DNA of 64,000 bases, taken from the NCBI GenBank assembly GCA_964188305.1, contig OZ076897.1; one strand, written 5' to 3'. The position numbers and the translations under genes are program-made. Of this stretch, positions 24,601-38,300 are shown in pieces; the first letter of the stretch is position 1, and each line of letters opens with the position of its first letter. The notes below the pieces were generated by a model. It saw nothing but the letters and a program-made list of their open reading frames with translations. It was not told where the DNA came from and ran no database searches. The DNA comes from Podarcis bocagei (Eukaryota).

Positions 24601-26348
24601 CTAACTTAGTTGGTCTTTAAGGTGCTACTGGAAGGAATTTTTTTATTTTGACTATGGCAGACCAACACAGCTACCTATCTGTAACATGTAAATGAGAGTA
24701 TGCTATACGTGCAGGAACAAATCTAATTAAGTGACTTGCACTGTGCAACAGTGAAAGCTGTCTACAAACTCAGGCACACACTTTACTAAGAACACTTCAC
24801 ACAAAGAACTTGAAGATGTTAGTTGGACAGAAGACAATGATGCCATTTTGTGAAGTGAGCAGTCATCTAGTATTTGCTTATGTTATGAAATTTGGCTCCT
24901 GATGCATCCTTGAAAAACGATGGCTTGTGCCATCTGCTTTTTCATGGCATAAGTCCAAACAAAGCTCCTTAAGAAGAGGGGGCTGCACTTGACTTTTACT
25001 TAGCTTCACTTAGGTTTTTCTTTGCCAGGTGTAACCGTGTTTACATTTAATAGTTCTATTATCTCAGATATGTGATACTATAAACTGTGTTCTTAATAAT
25101 AGTGGCAGACTTTTCAATCTGGATTTCTGCTCTTTGACAGCAAAATATTCTTCCGTTTCTCTGTGTATGTAGGTTTAACATGTTAGCATAATGGAGAAAT
25201 CCTTGAACATGTGTAAGAAAATGCCAAAGCTAGATTGCAGTTTTAAGCAAAAATTGTTTCAAGTAGGCTCCATTGAAGCTAGAGTGCTATGCTTCTTAGT
25301 TAATGAGTTTACAAAAGAGGTATTCTATATATCTGAATGAATAAAATCAAGAATGAAATTGTAATATTGAGTTGCCAGAGAAGGTAGAGGTTTTTTTATG
25401 AGACGATCCTTTGTTAGCGTAAGAATTTTCTGGGTGTTTTTTTTTAAAATAAGATTTTATGTTGCACATTACTAAGTTACAGGTATAATACAGTAATAAT
25501 ATAAAATTATTGGATAAAAAGTAGTGAATTGTTATTTTTAAAGTGTATTCTGATGCTGTGCAAAAATCAGCTGATTTGGAATTGCCTTTAATGTATTTTG
25601 TTTATTTTCTATGTATCATAAGTTTTCCATGGTGTGTGGTCTGAGTATATACAGTAGAATAAGTAGCGAGCACCTTTTAAGAAATTTTAAAGTGACACCA
25701 TTAATGACCTTAACTGGTAAATACCATTTGTGGATTTTGTCAACTAAGCTTGGATAAAGTCATGTCTGATTAAACCAAACAACTGTCTCTGGAGCTATGT
25801 ATACTAAATTTAGTGTCCTTCATTCTATTAATGCTGTTGAGTATTGGATTAAGCTAATTCAGTAACAAGCTTTGCTTGGGATTAGTATGGCACAGCCATT
25901 GTGGAAGTGGGGTTTCTGAAGGTCATTTAACAATTCATCTGTATCCTTTGAACTATAAGGATTTTTTTTGTATATGACTTGAGACCATGGAATTTAATGG
26001 AATTACTTAATATTTTTACATATGCATGATGTTCCTCTTCCCCTCCATTCACCCCTCTCTCCCACATACTCAGAGACTATATTGGGCATCATATCTTCTT
26101 TGCAGTATGCCTCGGTGAAATGTGGAAGTAGTTTTAAGTTTTTGATGAAGGGGATACTATGGTTAATTAGATGCTTTTAATTATTTCATTGTGCCACTAC
26201 AAAGGGGTGAAGAGAGAACAGGCTGCATATACAGGCAAAAGGCTCATTTATATCTCAGTTCCTTAAACTTGAGTTAGGATTATCTAAATTCATCTGGAGC
26301 ATGCCATTCTAGTAGACCTTTCCCCAAGTAGATTTATTTGTGAAGAAT

Positions 26349-26388
<40 letters not shown>

Positions 26389-29300
26389 CAGTTCCTCTAC
26401 AGTGTTCCTGTGTAAATTTCTTACTTTTCAATGTCTATTTTCTTTCTCTTTGAACTGTGGGTGTGATCAAGTTTGCTTCCTGCTTAAATTGCAGTGAAGT
26501 TGAACATCCTGCGTTTGACTTAGAAGCCAGGTTTGATGTCAAACTGCAGGCCAGCTGCAGCTGGGAACAGGACTCTTTTTCTGACCTAGACTTAGTTAAA
26601 AAACACACGCCACAATTCAGTGAGGTGAGGCTTACAGCAAGTTCTAAATCACTTGCTTTGAAGTTGAGAAGAATACTGATTTTGACTGTGTTCCAACCGA
26701 CACTGGTTTATTGATTGTGATAGACATTGACCATAGCACACATGGTCTTGACAATTTCATTACAGGCCATTTGAGATGTTTGAGTTCAGTGCTGCTTTCC
26801 ACTCCCTTCTTTATTATTTATTTATTTATTTATTTATCAAATTTCTATGTCGCCGTTCACCCGAGCATCAGAGGGCGGTTTACAACATAAAAACACAAAA
26901 ATTCATAAACATAGTAACAAAAACAACCCCCCCAGTGGCGTAGCGTGGGGGGTGCAGGGGGGCCCCGGCCGCACCGGGCGCAACATCCGGTGGTTAGGGT
27001 TAGGGGGCGCCAATCCACGGGTTAGGGGGCGCAAATTACTTGCCTTGCCCCGGGTGCTGACAACCCATGCTACGCCACTGTCCCCCCCCCCAGTTTCACT
27101 AGCTAAGAGCCTGTGAGAAAAGGAACGTTTCTGAGGGTGCCAGGCGAGCCTCTCTGGGGAGAGCATTCCACAAGTGGGGAGCCACTGCAGAAAATGCCCT
27201 ATCTCATGTTGCTGCCCTCTGGACCTCTTGTGGAGGAGGTAAACAAAGAAGGGCCTCAAATTGTGATGACAGGGTCTGGATCAGTTTTTATGTGGAGAGG
27301 AGGTCCTTGATGAATTGTGCCTGAGCCAGCACTTTGAATTGGGCCTGGAAACTAATTGAAAGCTAGTGCAGTCGTGCCAGGATCGGTGTAATACACTCAA
27401 ACTATATTGTTCTGGTGAGCAAGCTGGCTGCTGAATTCTGTACCCGCTGAAGTTTCCGAACTGACTTCAGAGGCAGCCCTACATATAACGCATTGCAGTA
27501 ATCTAATCTAGGTGCTACTAGAGCATAGGCAATGATAAGCTATTCCTGTCCAGATAGAGGTGCAGCTGGGCTACTAGCTGAAGCTGATGGAACTCACTCC
27601 ATGCCACTAAGGCCACCTGAGCCTCAAACTGACGTGGTTTTTTTCTTTAAAAATCTGCATGATTTTTTCCAGATATTCAGAATAGAAGGATGGGGCAAGG
27701 AGATCCTGTTTAATATTTCTCCATGTCATTTTGCAGCTGTGAGGCTACTTTTAGTTCAACAAAAACACTGTGGAGGAAAGGGAACATCTTATTGTATCTA
27801 GTTTGGGCCCAGTACTGTATTCAGATTTCAGTAATTGGAAATGTAAAAGCCTGCCTTTTCTGTCTAGAAAATGAAATTGTGGTAGCCTAAGATAGTAAAG
27901 AGATTACCAATTATCACATGATTTTCGTAGTATGTGATTTATAAAATAGTGTAATAAAAGGAATAAGTAGTGAACATCTACAAAAATTCTAAAACGACAC
28001 CATTAATGACGTTATTGCTATGTGCTGTTTGGCAAACTACTGTGGATGTTGCAGCAGCAGCTTTCCTTTATCTATTGGTGGTTGGGCAAGGTGATGTTTG
28101 AAGTCCTTTACATATCTCATTATTCTGTACCAAATTCATTTTCTGAGCTGGTACATCCTTTAAGGAGTTCAAACCTTTTCTTGAAAGGGGTCTAGATGTT
28201 CAAAAATCAGTGAAGATGTTTTTATTTCTATCCTGATAATGAAAAAAGGAAAATCCATTTGTGCCAAATTGGGACTTCTCTGTTGCCTTCAAATTCTTGT
28301 AAATAGAACATTATTACAATGTTCCTCAAATAGCAGGATTGGCTCTTTGTCATCTTTTGGATAATTTATGTGTACTGTATAGTACAACAAGTGTCCCAAT
28401 GCTAATTTAAAGCCAATTATGTTGTCTGTGGTTGTCTGATTGATATGCCTAATGCGTTTCATAACATTTTTGGTTAAGGTCACAGAGCTGTTTATATTGG
28501 TGTGCACGTCCCTTTTGGAAAGCAGAGTCGACGACGTCATAGGCACCGTGGACATAAGCATCATAGAAGAAGAAAAGAAAAGGAAACTGACAAAGAAGAT
28601 GGGCGAGACTCTCCATCCTATGGTAAAAAAAAAAGATAGTTCTTTCATTGTACTTTAAGCAGCAATATAGTAAAACCCAGTTTTTTGGTGATTTATTTTT
28701 AAGAAGAGTAGAATTGACAGAATGGAAGGGTTTTATGGGCATGTTCCAGAGAAATTACAGTAGTTAGTTCTCTGTGTTTATACAATGTTCACAGAGCATA
28801 TTGCCTCAGTATTATTCTTTATGAACTTTTTACGTCAAGAACTTGCACTCTGTTCTTGTGCTACATCAGATTCAGAACTTTTTAATTGTTTTCTAATATA
28901 GAGCCTTGAAAATGGTGGGGCTTCAGAAATGTTTACGTGGCTGCTAACTTGATTTTTGTGTTAAAAACAAGAAATGTACATGACTACAGATAATGAAATG
29001 AATGTAAAGAGAGGAACAGAGGGAAACATTGCATAACATGAGTGTTGTAATGTTAAAGGAGGAAGTTGTATGATGGAGAGAGTCTGATATCCATAAGGAA
29101 ATAGTTCAGGAATTTGGTTTTGTGAATTTCAATTTATTAATGCACTCAAAACTGTAGCAAGATTAAAGCCATATAACAAACTTAACCAAACATTCAGTAT
29201 CATTCAGGAGAATATGCATTCTGCCTGGATTGTTCATATATGTTTTTGAAATAGTTAATATCCCTGGATCCCGCCCCCCCACCTTGAGAAGGATCATGTC

Positions 29301-32300
29301 CAGTTTAATCCATGACCATTATTGTGACTATGATCATGGAAAGACATGGAGCTAAATGTATGTCCTTCCATTTAACATCCAAATGCATTTTGCTCCCTTT
29401 CATGCTCCCTTTGCCATTTTTGTTCAGTGGAAGGTTTTGCTAGAAGGTTAATAGGTTAGAAATGAGTTAATCAAAAATGAAAATGCAACAGTACTTGAGT
29501 GTTTTGAGCCTTTAAAAAGACTCAAATCAAGTTTGGAAATCTTGGTACTGGAACAAGGGACTTTATTTCATTCTCAAACCATCATAATCTCCTTTATCTG
29601 TTAAGGATTTTTGTCTGTCTTTCTATGCTGGTTATGATTTCTGTTTGTAAAGAAATCTGTGTAAAGATTAAGTACCATTTCAAATGTTCCTGTATTTACA
29701 AACATAGCAGTCATTCTTCTCTCTACAAATTCTGTATATTGCTAGTACACAAGCACAGTTTGCTCAAGACCATATAGTATCTTCACAGCAGATGTGTAGA
29801 ATCATAGAATTGCAGAGCTGGAAGGGACCCCAAGGGTCATCCAGTCCAGCCCCTTGCAGTGTAAGAATCTCAGGCAAAGCGTATAAGGGGAAGAGAGGGC
29901 AGTGTGTGAAGAGAATCATGGTTTAATGTTAATGGGAGCCAGCTTAAAGAGTCTTGCTTATATATGGCCAAGGGAAATAGATTATACATGTGCACCAGTG
30001 AGTCTTTGCCTCAGGTATGTTTGGCAATGGTTCATAAAACCTTTGTAAACCAGGGACTAGCACATGCATGTGCACAAAAGGAGACCCTGATCATGGGATC
30101 CATTTGTGCAAGACAGATTCCAGGAGTGTGTATTGTATGGGCACTCTTTCATAAATGCTGCAGTCCGAGTGATCTCAGTGAGACCTAGCCATTGCAGAGT
30201 TTCTGCAAACAGTGCTCTGTTTTGTTTCAATTTAGCTGTATGTATTCATGTACATTCATTGCCCACTAAGAACCACTGGAATATGGGGAGCTAAAATCTA
30301 AATAATAGATGGTGTTATTTTTCTAGAAAGTTGGTGGTTAAAAAATAACTTCTCTTCCACTTCCAGCATCAGTGGTTGTCTTTTTGTTTTTAGCAGTGTG
30401 GTGGTATAAGTAAAAGTTTGACAATCTAAACCTTAAACTAAGATGTGCCCTTCACAATCTTATTTCCATCAAGACACACCATCCCAGAGGGTACAATTTA
30501 TCCTGGGTACCGAGGATGATGATGAAGAACACATTCCCCATGATCTATTCACTGAAATGGATGAACTTTGCTTTAGAGAAGGAGAAGAATATGAATGGAA
30601 AGAAACTGCCAGGTAACCAATGAATATTCCTCTTCAAATTCTCTCACTGATGATTACAGCACAAAGAGACTTGGCCCTCCAGTTTACATTAAGACAAGTG
30701 GAAATCTGTGAAATCTGTTTGAAGTGCCTGATAAGTATTCCTTAACACCTAAGCATACTTCTCCTAGCTCTGCGGCTGTTGATACTACTGCTTATTTTTT
30801 AAAAAAGATATTGCTCACTTTTATATAAGGGTGCTGCTGTCAGGTGGTAGGGTGGTTGATAAATGAAGGATAAATGAGGCTGTAATCCTGTACTCTTTTA
30901 CCTGGGAGTACGTCCTAGTGAGTTTAGTATGGCTTACTTCTGAGTAGGAAAGAATACGATTGTACTGTAAATATTTTAATAAAAGCAAACACTTAAATTA
31001 TAGAATGTATGGAAAGAAGATTCTGAGAAGCAGGGCCAAATGAGAGATTTTATGTATTCTTATTTAGTTCTTTTTGTTGTAAATTGCCCTGGGGCCTGTG
31101 CAAAGAGCGGTATATCAATCATCTAAAGAAATACATAGATGGTAAACAGCAGAGTTTTTAAAAATTAAAAATAGTTTTTATTAAGGTTTTTTGTGTTTAA
31201 ATAGCAGTATTTTGAAAAATAATGGCTTGTTAGTGTGCATGTAGCTCAGTGTATTTTCGTTTCAGATGGCTAAAATTTGAAGAAGACGTTGAAGATGGTG
31301 GTGATAGGTGGAGCAAACCTTATGTGGCTACCCTGTCTCTGCACAGTCTCTTTGAACTGAGAAGCTGTATCTTAAACGGGACAGTCATGTTGGATATGAG
31401 AGCCAGTACGCTGGATGAAATAGCAGGTTACAGCCAATTTTCCTTTAAGATTTTTTAAATTTTGCTTGTGTAGATCTAGTTCTAAAACAACAAAATAAAG
31501 CAGTTTTTCAGTTATTCTGTCTAAGAAAGAAACACAACAAAGGCAAAAAATACCAACCTTTATACTTAAAGCTTGAAGTTAAAAGTCCTGCTGATTAACT
31601 GTGTTTCATTAGCAGATAAGGGCCATGCTAAAAGTTGTACTTGCTTTAATTTTCTGTAGCATAATGTCGTAACACAAAAAATTCATTTTATTGCGTGTGT
31701 TAGCATAAATCTTAACCAGAACCTCTCCGCGACTGGGGTAGATAACAAGATGGTTCCAGCCTGAGGGTTTATTGCAGGGCTTCAATGCTTATTATGTCAC
31801 TCTGCTACATATTTTGTTGGCAGCAATTTTAAGTTTTGGGATTAAATCTAAGCAAAAATGTGCCTCATTCAGAAGAAATCTGGACATTTCCAAATAAGGA
31901 CCACATTGTATACAGTATGATTGCATCTTGTGCACAATTCACTTGCGTTATTTCAACCTTGTGCGGTTGAAAGACAGCTGGTTGAAATTGCACAAATTAA
32001 TTGCATGTATGGCGGAGAGCTTAAAAGCTCTTTTTGTGCTGGGTTTTGCTGGCACGGAAAGAGCTTTTAATGTCTCTTGCCTTGTATACTGGGCAAGTTC
32101 TGCTCAGCGCATGGACTCTGGGATGCTATCGTGAGATCTCGCAGGAGCTTTGCATTGTTTAGAAATGCTCGCTTTATAATCTTTAACCAGAATCATCATT
32201 TACAAAAGGAAGGTCTTACGGATTGCTCTTAATGTGGAATTTGACTTAAATCAGCTTCAGGAGGTCACTATTTTTTATTTAATCTTTTTCTCTCTATAGA

Positions 32301-35300
32301 TATGGTATTGGATAACATGATAGCTTCTGGTCACCTGGATGAATCTATGAGAGACAATGTCAGAGAAGCTCTTCTGAAGAGGCACCATCATCAGAATGAA
32401 AAAAAATTCACTAATCGGATTCCCCTTGTCCGATCCTTTGCAGATATAGGCAAGAAACATTCTGACCCTCTCTTGCTTGAAAGAAATGGTGAGATAAGTC
32501 ATGGCATTCAGTTTGTTTTAACTTTTAACAATTTTAATGCAGAGATGTGAGAAAAGTCAGCACACTTGAAGAAAACAAGTTCATAATTCATTCCTGATAT
32601 ATAAGGAGTTGAGTAAACATTTGTCTGTAGGATTAGTGACTTTGACTTCATGCCTTTTGATCTGTAAGAGTTGAGAACTGTGCTTACACCACTGAATATA
32701 TGGATAGATGCTTGTGAAACCAAGGCTTATGAATATTGTGTCTTGTTTTATTATATACCTCCTCTATTTTCTGGCTCTTCCTGTTTTATGCCTATGCTAC
32801 TGCATTTTACAATAAGTCCATTTTTCTTTTAGGAATAATCAATAAATGATATTTTGGTGAGGAAAACCACACTGCTTTTTATCTAAATGATTGCCTTGGT
32901 TTCTCCTGTCTGCTATTCTCTGTATGTGCATGTGTTTATATTTGCTTATAATATAGAATCATTATAGGATATTCTGATAGTGTGCTTTTTATTTACTGAG
33001 TGGCTCTCACATTTGGTGTTTCGTTTCTGTTGGTGTGGTTTCTGATGCTAAAAAAAAATAGAGTCACTGCTCAGGTAATTTCAGGTAATCAATGTGTATC
33101 TCATTTTATATTGCTCTCTATACTCTTAATTAGAATTATCACATATTTGACTTTTCATGTATGTATATATCAAATTGCTGATTTTGATAAAACCTGCCTC
33201 TAAAGATATTGAGTTTGGTAGCTCCACAACAAACTGTTTCATTGTTATTAGGAGCCTGTAATCAGTACAGAGTCTTTTTAGGCCCTGATCCTAGCATTTT
33301 TCTTCCATACCTTCCTGTGGTGACGTGTTTTTAAAGTAGGAAAAACAAAGGTTCACATACTGTTGACACCCTAGGTCAGGATAGTGACTGTGTTTTTATT
33401 TGGCATGTTGTACTTCAGGTATTGTACTTTCTTGTTTTTCCCAGAACTTGTTTTACAGAAGGTGCTTATATGTCTGCTTTAATATATATAGATTCCTTTA
33501 TCATAAGCATAGCACTTAGATGTTTTGCTCAATTCTCTCAGGATCTTAAGCAGTCAGCAGTAATATATTTCTCCCTTCCTTCCTTACCTTGTAGATATGT
33601 GTACATATAAGCTGACTTTTTTAACATCGAAAATTCTGCTTAGCTCTTATGTTTTGCTTAAGTCTTATCTCACCTATGACTGAGTGGTGTTTTGTGTTTT
33701 TAGAGTTTTGTTATATAAAATATGAATAACTTGTCTTCCTGCTGAACATTTTTTTTATCACTTTATTTGTTTTACCTCAGGGGAAGGCCTTTCAGCCTCC
33801 CGTCACTCTTTACGAGCTGGTCTCTCTGCCTCAAATATTTCCCTGAGAGGAGAGAATCGCTTATCCCTTCTTCTCAATTACCTTCTTCCTGGATCTCCAG
33901 CCGTCTCAAGGAGCGCAACCCCTTTACCTACCCCACAAAGCACTCCACCTTCCAGTCCTAGGTGCGGTCACAAGGGAACCACAAATTTACCACCAGCTGA
34001 GCACCAGGGTGCTGAATTCCTAGTGTCTCCTTCTAGTGATGATATCCCTAAAGTAGTAATTCATCCACCTGAGGAGGATTTAGAAGCTCAGGAAAGCGAG
34101 GAGAAGACGACAGAGGATAATAGTGACATAATACCAGGCAACTATTTGAACTCAAATTGTCCATGTGTGGTGCTTTCTGCAGCTGAATCACGTCCACTGC
34201 AAAGTTTTTATCACACAGCTTGAGCAATCATGAGTTGTATATCAGTCTGTCACTCGTTTGCATGCTTCATTTCTTCTTGTGTGATATTTTCTTGTGTGAT
34301 ACTTTAGTCAGTATTACGAACTGGAGTTGACACTGAAATATTAACACAAGTATTAACACATTGAAAGCAATGAAATATCTGAGTATTTCTCCATACTTTT
34401 TATGTTCATAACCTAAAGGAATTCATTCAGCAAGTGCTTCTGCCTTTAAAAAATAAAGAAAGAAACAAGCGAGTTATACATTATAAACTTGAAACTAAGA
34501 TACCAAATGGTGGCCTTTTACTACTTTTTAAACCTGGTAATTTATAGTAGGTGATGTATAGTTCAGCACCAGAAGATGCCAGTTATCTTAAAAATTATGG
34601 TCTGTGCTTTGAAAACACAGTAACATGCTGTACCCAACTTGAAATTCCTACTTCAGGGTAATAAACCAGTTCTTTCCTGTTTAATTTGAAAAGGGCCACT
34701 TTAACTGTAGCCAGCCCCCTTTTAGGAATTGTAACAAGGAGAAGCTTGTGCAACAGCTAAGGGGGCATTTAATTTTTCTGAATTAAATGGGTAAGAGCTG
34801 TCAGTTGCTAGTGTACTTGAACTCTAAACTCCATTGGTTACAGCAACACTTTATACCTGTAAGATTGATGTGGATGCCTTTTGCAGTCCTCAATGTTCTG
34901 GTCTTATTCACTTCCTGTGTGGGACCTCTTGCATCAGTCTCCTGTTCTGCACCATAGCTTTTTGCACAGAGGTTGAGACTAGGAAGATTGACTACTCTAG
35001 CTAGGAGCTTAACATCTGATTATGTGTGTTGGTGTACAGCAAATTATTTTTTCAGGCTATTGTAGCAATCAGTTGTTTTAAGGCCTGCGATGTAAATGTA
35101 AAGCACATATATATTTAGGGTTAAATGCTCTGAAAATCTTCGAACTGCAAAGTCGAATGTACATTTTTTTTAATATACTTTTGACAGAAGTAGGTCCCCT
35201 GCAAATATGGACTAAACATATCTCTCTTTCTCTCTGACTCACGTTTTGTTGCAGTGCTGTGTAAAGTGTGACGCAGCTTGAAGATGCTTTGTAAGCCATA

Positions 35301-38300
35301 TCCTGAAATTATTGCTTTTCTCTGAGGTTGTTTTATTCCATTGCTTTCCTTTGTTGCTCTGTTTCTTGGTTATTGTCATCTGGGGGCACTTTGATATATT
35401 AGATTAATTTAAACTTTGAGCTTTCTGTTATCTCATGTGAGAAGATATGACCATTGTAGATTTTCATGGAATTGTGTGTTTCAGTAAATAGATAATCTGC
35501 TCTGCAGGTATTGGTACTGTCTGGGATCAGACAACACACTGCATAAAACAGCCCTAAGTTTTCCGAACTTGGATTCCACTAGAATAGGATGCAAGGGAAA
35601 TAATGATAATTTAGTATGAAGTAGTGTAACTAAGAGGGGGCAAGCAATTGTCCTAGAGTACATTTGCTTGCCTGCTCTGCTACTGCAGAGAAAGCCTTCT
35701 CTTGCATTCCCAATTTACAGCGGTAGTGTCTTGCAGAAAACACCCTCCCACACACACACACTCCAATTAAATGGGAAGCCTTGTACAGTGGTGCCTCGCA
35801 AGACGAAAAGAATCCGTTCTGTGATTCTCTTCGTCTAGCGTTTTTTTCGTCTTGCGAAGCAAGCCCATTGACGGATTAGCGGATTAGCGCTATTAGCGGC
35901 TTTTAGCGGCTTATCTGCTGATCGGATCAGCTGATAAGCGGCTTAGCGGCTTAGAAAAAGGGGGGGGGAACCAGCAGGAACTCGCAAGACATTTTCGTCT
36001 TGTGAAGCAAGCCCATAGGAAATTCATTTTGCAAAGCACCTCCAAAACGGAAAACTCTTTCGTCTAGCGAGTTTTCCGTCTTGCGAGGCATTCGTCTTGC
36101 GGGGCACCACTGTATTGGAGAAATGGGTACTTCAAGTTTCCTGGTCTAAACTAATTAGGGTTATAAAGAAAATAACCAGCATCTGGAATTGAGCTTGCAA
36201 ACAGACTTGGAGCCAGTGAAGTTGATACAACAATGCAGTAATGCGATACCATTTACAAGAAAGAGCTTTGGTTGTTCCCACCATAGTGATGCTGCAGGGG
36301 TCCTAATCGACAACCTCCAGTGGTGTTTCTGTAGATGTTCAACATGTTGGGGACAAGTTGTTATTCTGTGGCTCACTGTAAGCTAGTGGCCATGGAATTG
36401 AGCAGTACCCCTCAGATACCACCTTCTGAGACTTGTCTGCTAGAAAGGACCAGGAATAATGTAAAGCAGTATCACCAGCCCCAGGAACATAAAAAGCCGC
36501 TGAGATGTTAAGCAGAACCAACAGGACCACACTTCTCTTGTTTAGTTTCTGGGCAATCCTGTTGGAGGGCGATAAGCACCATCACAGTTCCAAAGCAGAG
36601 TTGGAAGCAAGACTGAACCAGTTGAGCCAATTTCTTTTACATTTATTTATTTAATGTTCCTAATGTGGACTCTTTCTGCACAAAGAGGTGGTGTTTTTTT
36701 CAGTGGCTTATTGAACTCTGTGTTATATACCAGCTCCGTGATTCTGTGATTTCTTGGTAGCCCCATCTGCATCTTGTCATGACTAGGCCAAGGTTCTTAA
36801 AAATGCAATTTTAAAACCATGTATTTCATAGAATGTTACATCAGAAGTAACATACTGTGTCTGCTGTCCCAAATGGTGAAACAACAATTCCAAAATAGTG
36901 TACAAGACTAGATGGTAGACAAAGCAGTGAAGTAGAAAAGAAAAAAAGTTGGCATCTTGTAAGAGTTTTAATTAGTAGTAGTAATTTTAATAATAGTAGA
37001 ATGTGTATACCGCCCTTCAAAACTAATGCAAATCCATTGATTTTAATAGGTCTGCTCTGAGTGTAATTTTGTTGGATACCACTCTGATATTTCTTTGAAG
37101 TTTGTAACAGTTCTTCTTGCTATTAGTTTTTTCTTAAAACTGGTTTGCCACCTTGGGAGCAGATGAAACTGCAGTGTTAACTCCAAATAAAATTGGTTCC
37201 TCTTGTTCATGTGTAAAATTAATTCTTAGGATCATGGGTCACATCCTATTTAAAATATATTCTTGCTTTAGTGTTGACTAATGGAAGAGAGATGTAATCT
37301 TGACGCCAGTCTTGTAACAAGCTAGGTGTTTTGCTAGGTATTCTAAAGTATGTTTTTGTGGTTTTTCAGACTCATAGAAAGTATGACATCCCTCTGATGC
37401 ACGATCCACACACAAAGCATTGGTGGTTAGACACACATTCTTATGTTCTCTTTAAAAAAATAACACATTTTTGTTCTGGTGCATTTTGCAAAAGGCCATC
37501 ATTTAGGCAACATCTAATTTCAACTTTTTAACAAGTGTTCATTGTTTTTCAGAAGAAAATAACTTGTTTGTGTGGCATTTTTGATACTAATGCACCTTTT
37601 GTTTATTAACTTCCACATTCGCTTTTAGAAAGCTGCCACTGTCATTGTGTAACTAAGTCTGTTTTCTACTGATGTAATTTTGAACGGCCCTGTATATTCT
37701 GCTTGTAGGACTTCTTGCATCACCACAATCTGCACCCGGTAATTTGGACATTGGAAAAAGTGGAGAACTTAAAAGCAGTGGAACAGGGGGAAGTAGAGAA
37801 AACAGCACTGTTGATTTCAGCAAGGTAAACTATGTCATTTAGAGAGTAGAAAGAGAGCTTTGTGAATTGTAAAGCTGTTTATTTATTCTGGGTTTAAGAT
37901 CATTATTCGTATATTGTTAAAAGCAAAAATTCTAAGCGATTTTTTTTGTTTGCTTATTTGGAGTTACTTGTGACAGCTTTCCAACAGATCTGTAATGACT
38001 CCTAGAAAGAAATTAAGAATTATGAACATATTTCCATAATTTTCTGGACTGTAGGATTAGCAGCTGATGTCTGTACATTGCTTCCTATATAAATGACCAA
38101 GGAAATCTCCTACAGCCACAAACGATGACCATGGTTTTAGTCATGGTTTCTAGTATGTCCCCTATTCCAAGCTGCCTCTTATGCCAATACCCAGTTAATA
38201 CCTGCACACGCTTTCTAGTGCTCCTGGATTGGCATGGCCTCTGCATCACCAGCTCATTTATTATTGGCCAGCTGCAGAAACAGGGTAGAGAACTTTTCCT

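Larger units (their letters stand above)
24458..24684. mobile_element. Penelope-like retroelement terminal-repeat fragment inserted as an inverted (palindromic) duplication
   Basis: ~89-bp arms (24457-24545 / 24555-24643) with 1 mismatch; 13-bp direct repeat CATGTAAATGAGA at 24445-24457 and 24685-24697; hammerhead core in each arm; 3' tail GCAGACCAACACAGCTACC like reptilian Penelope pLTRs. Confidence 0.85.
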
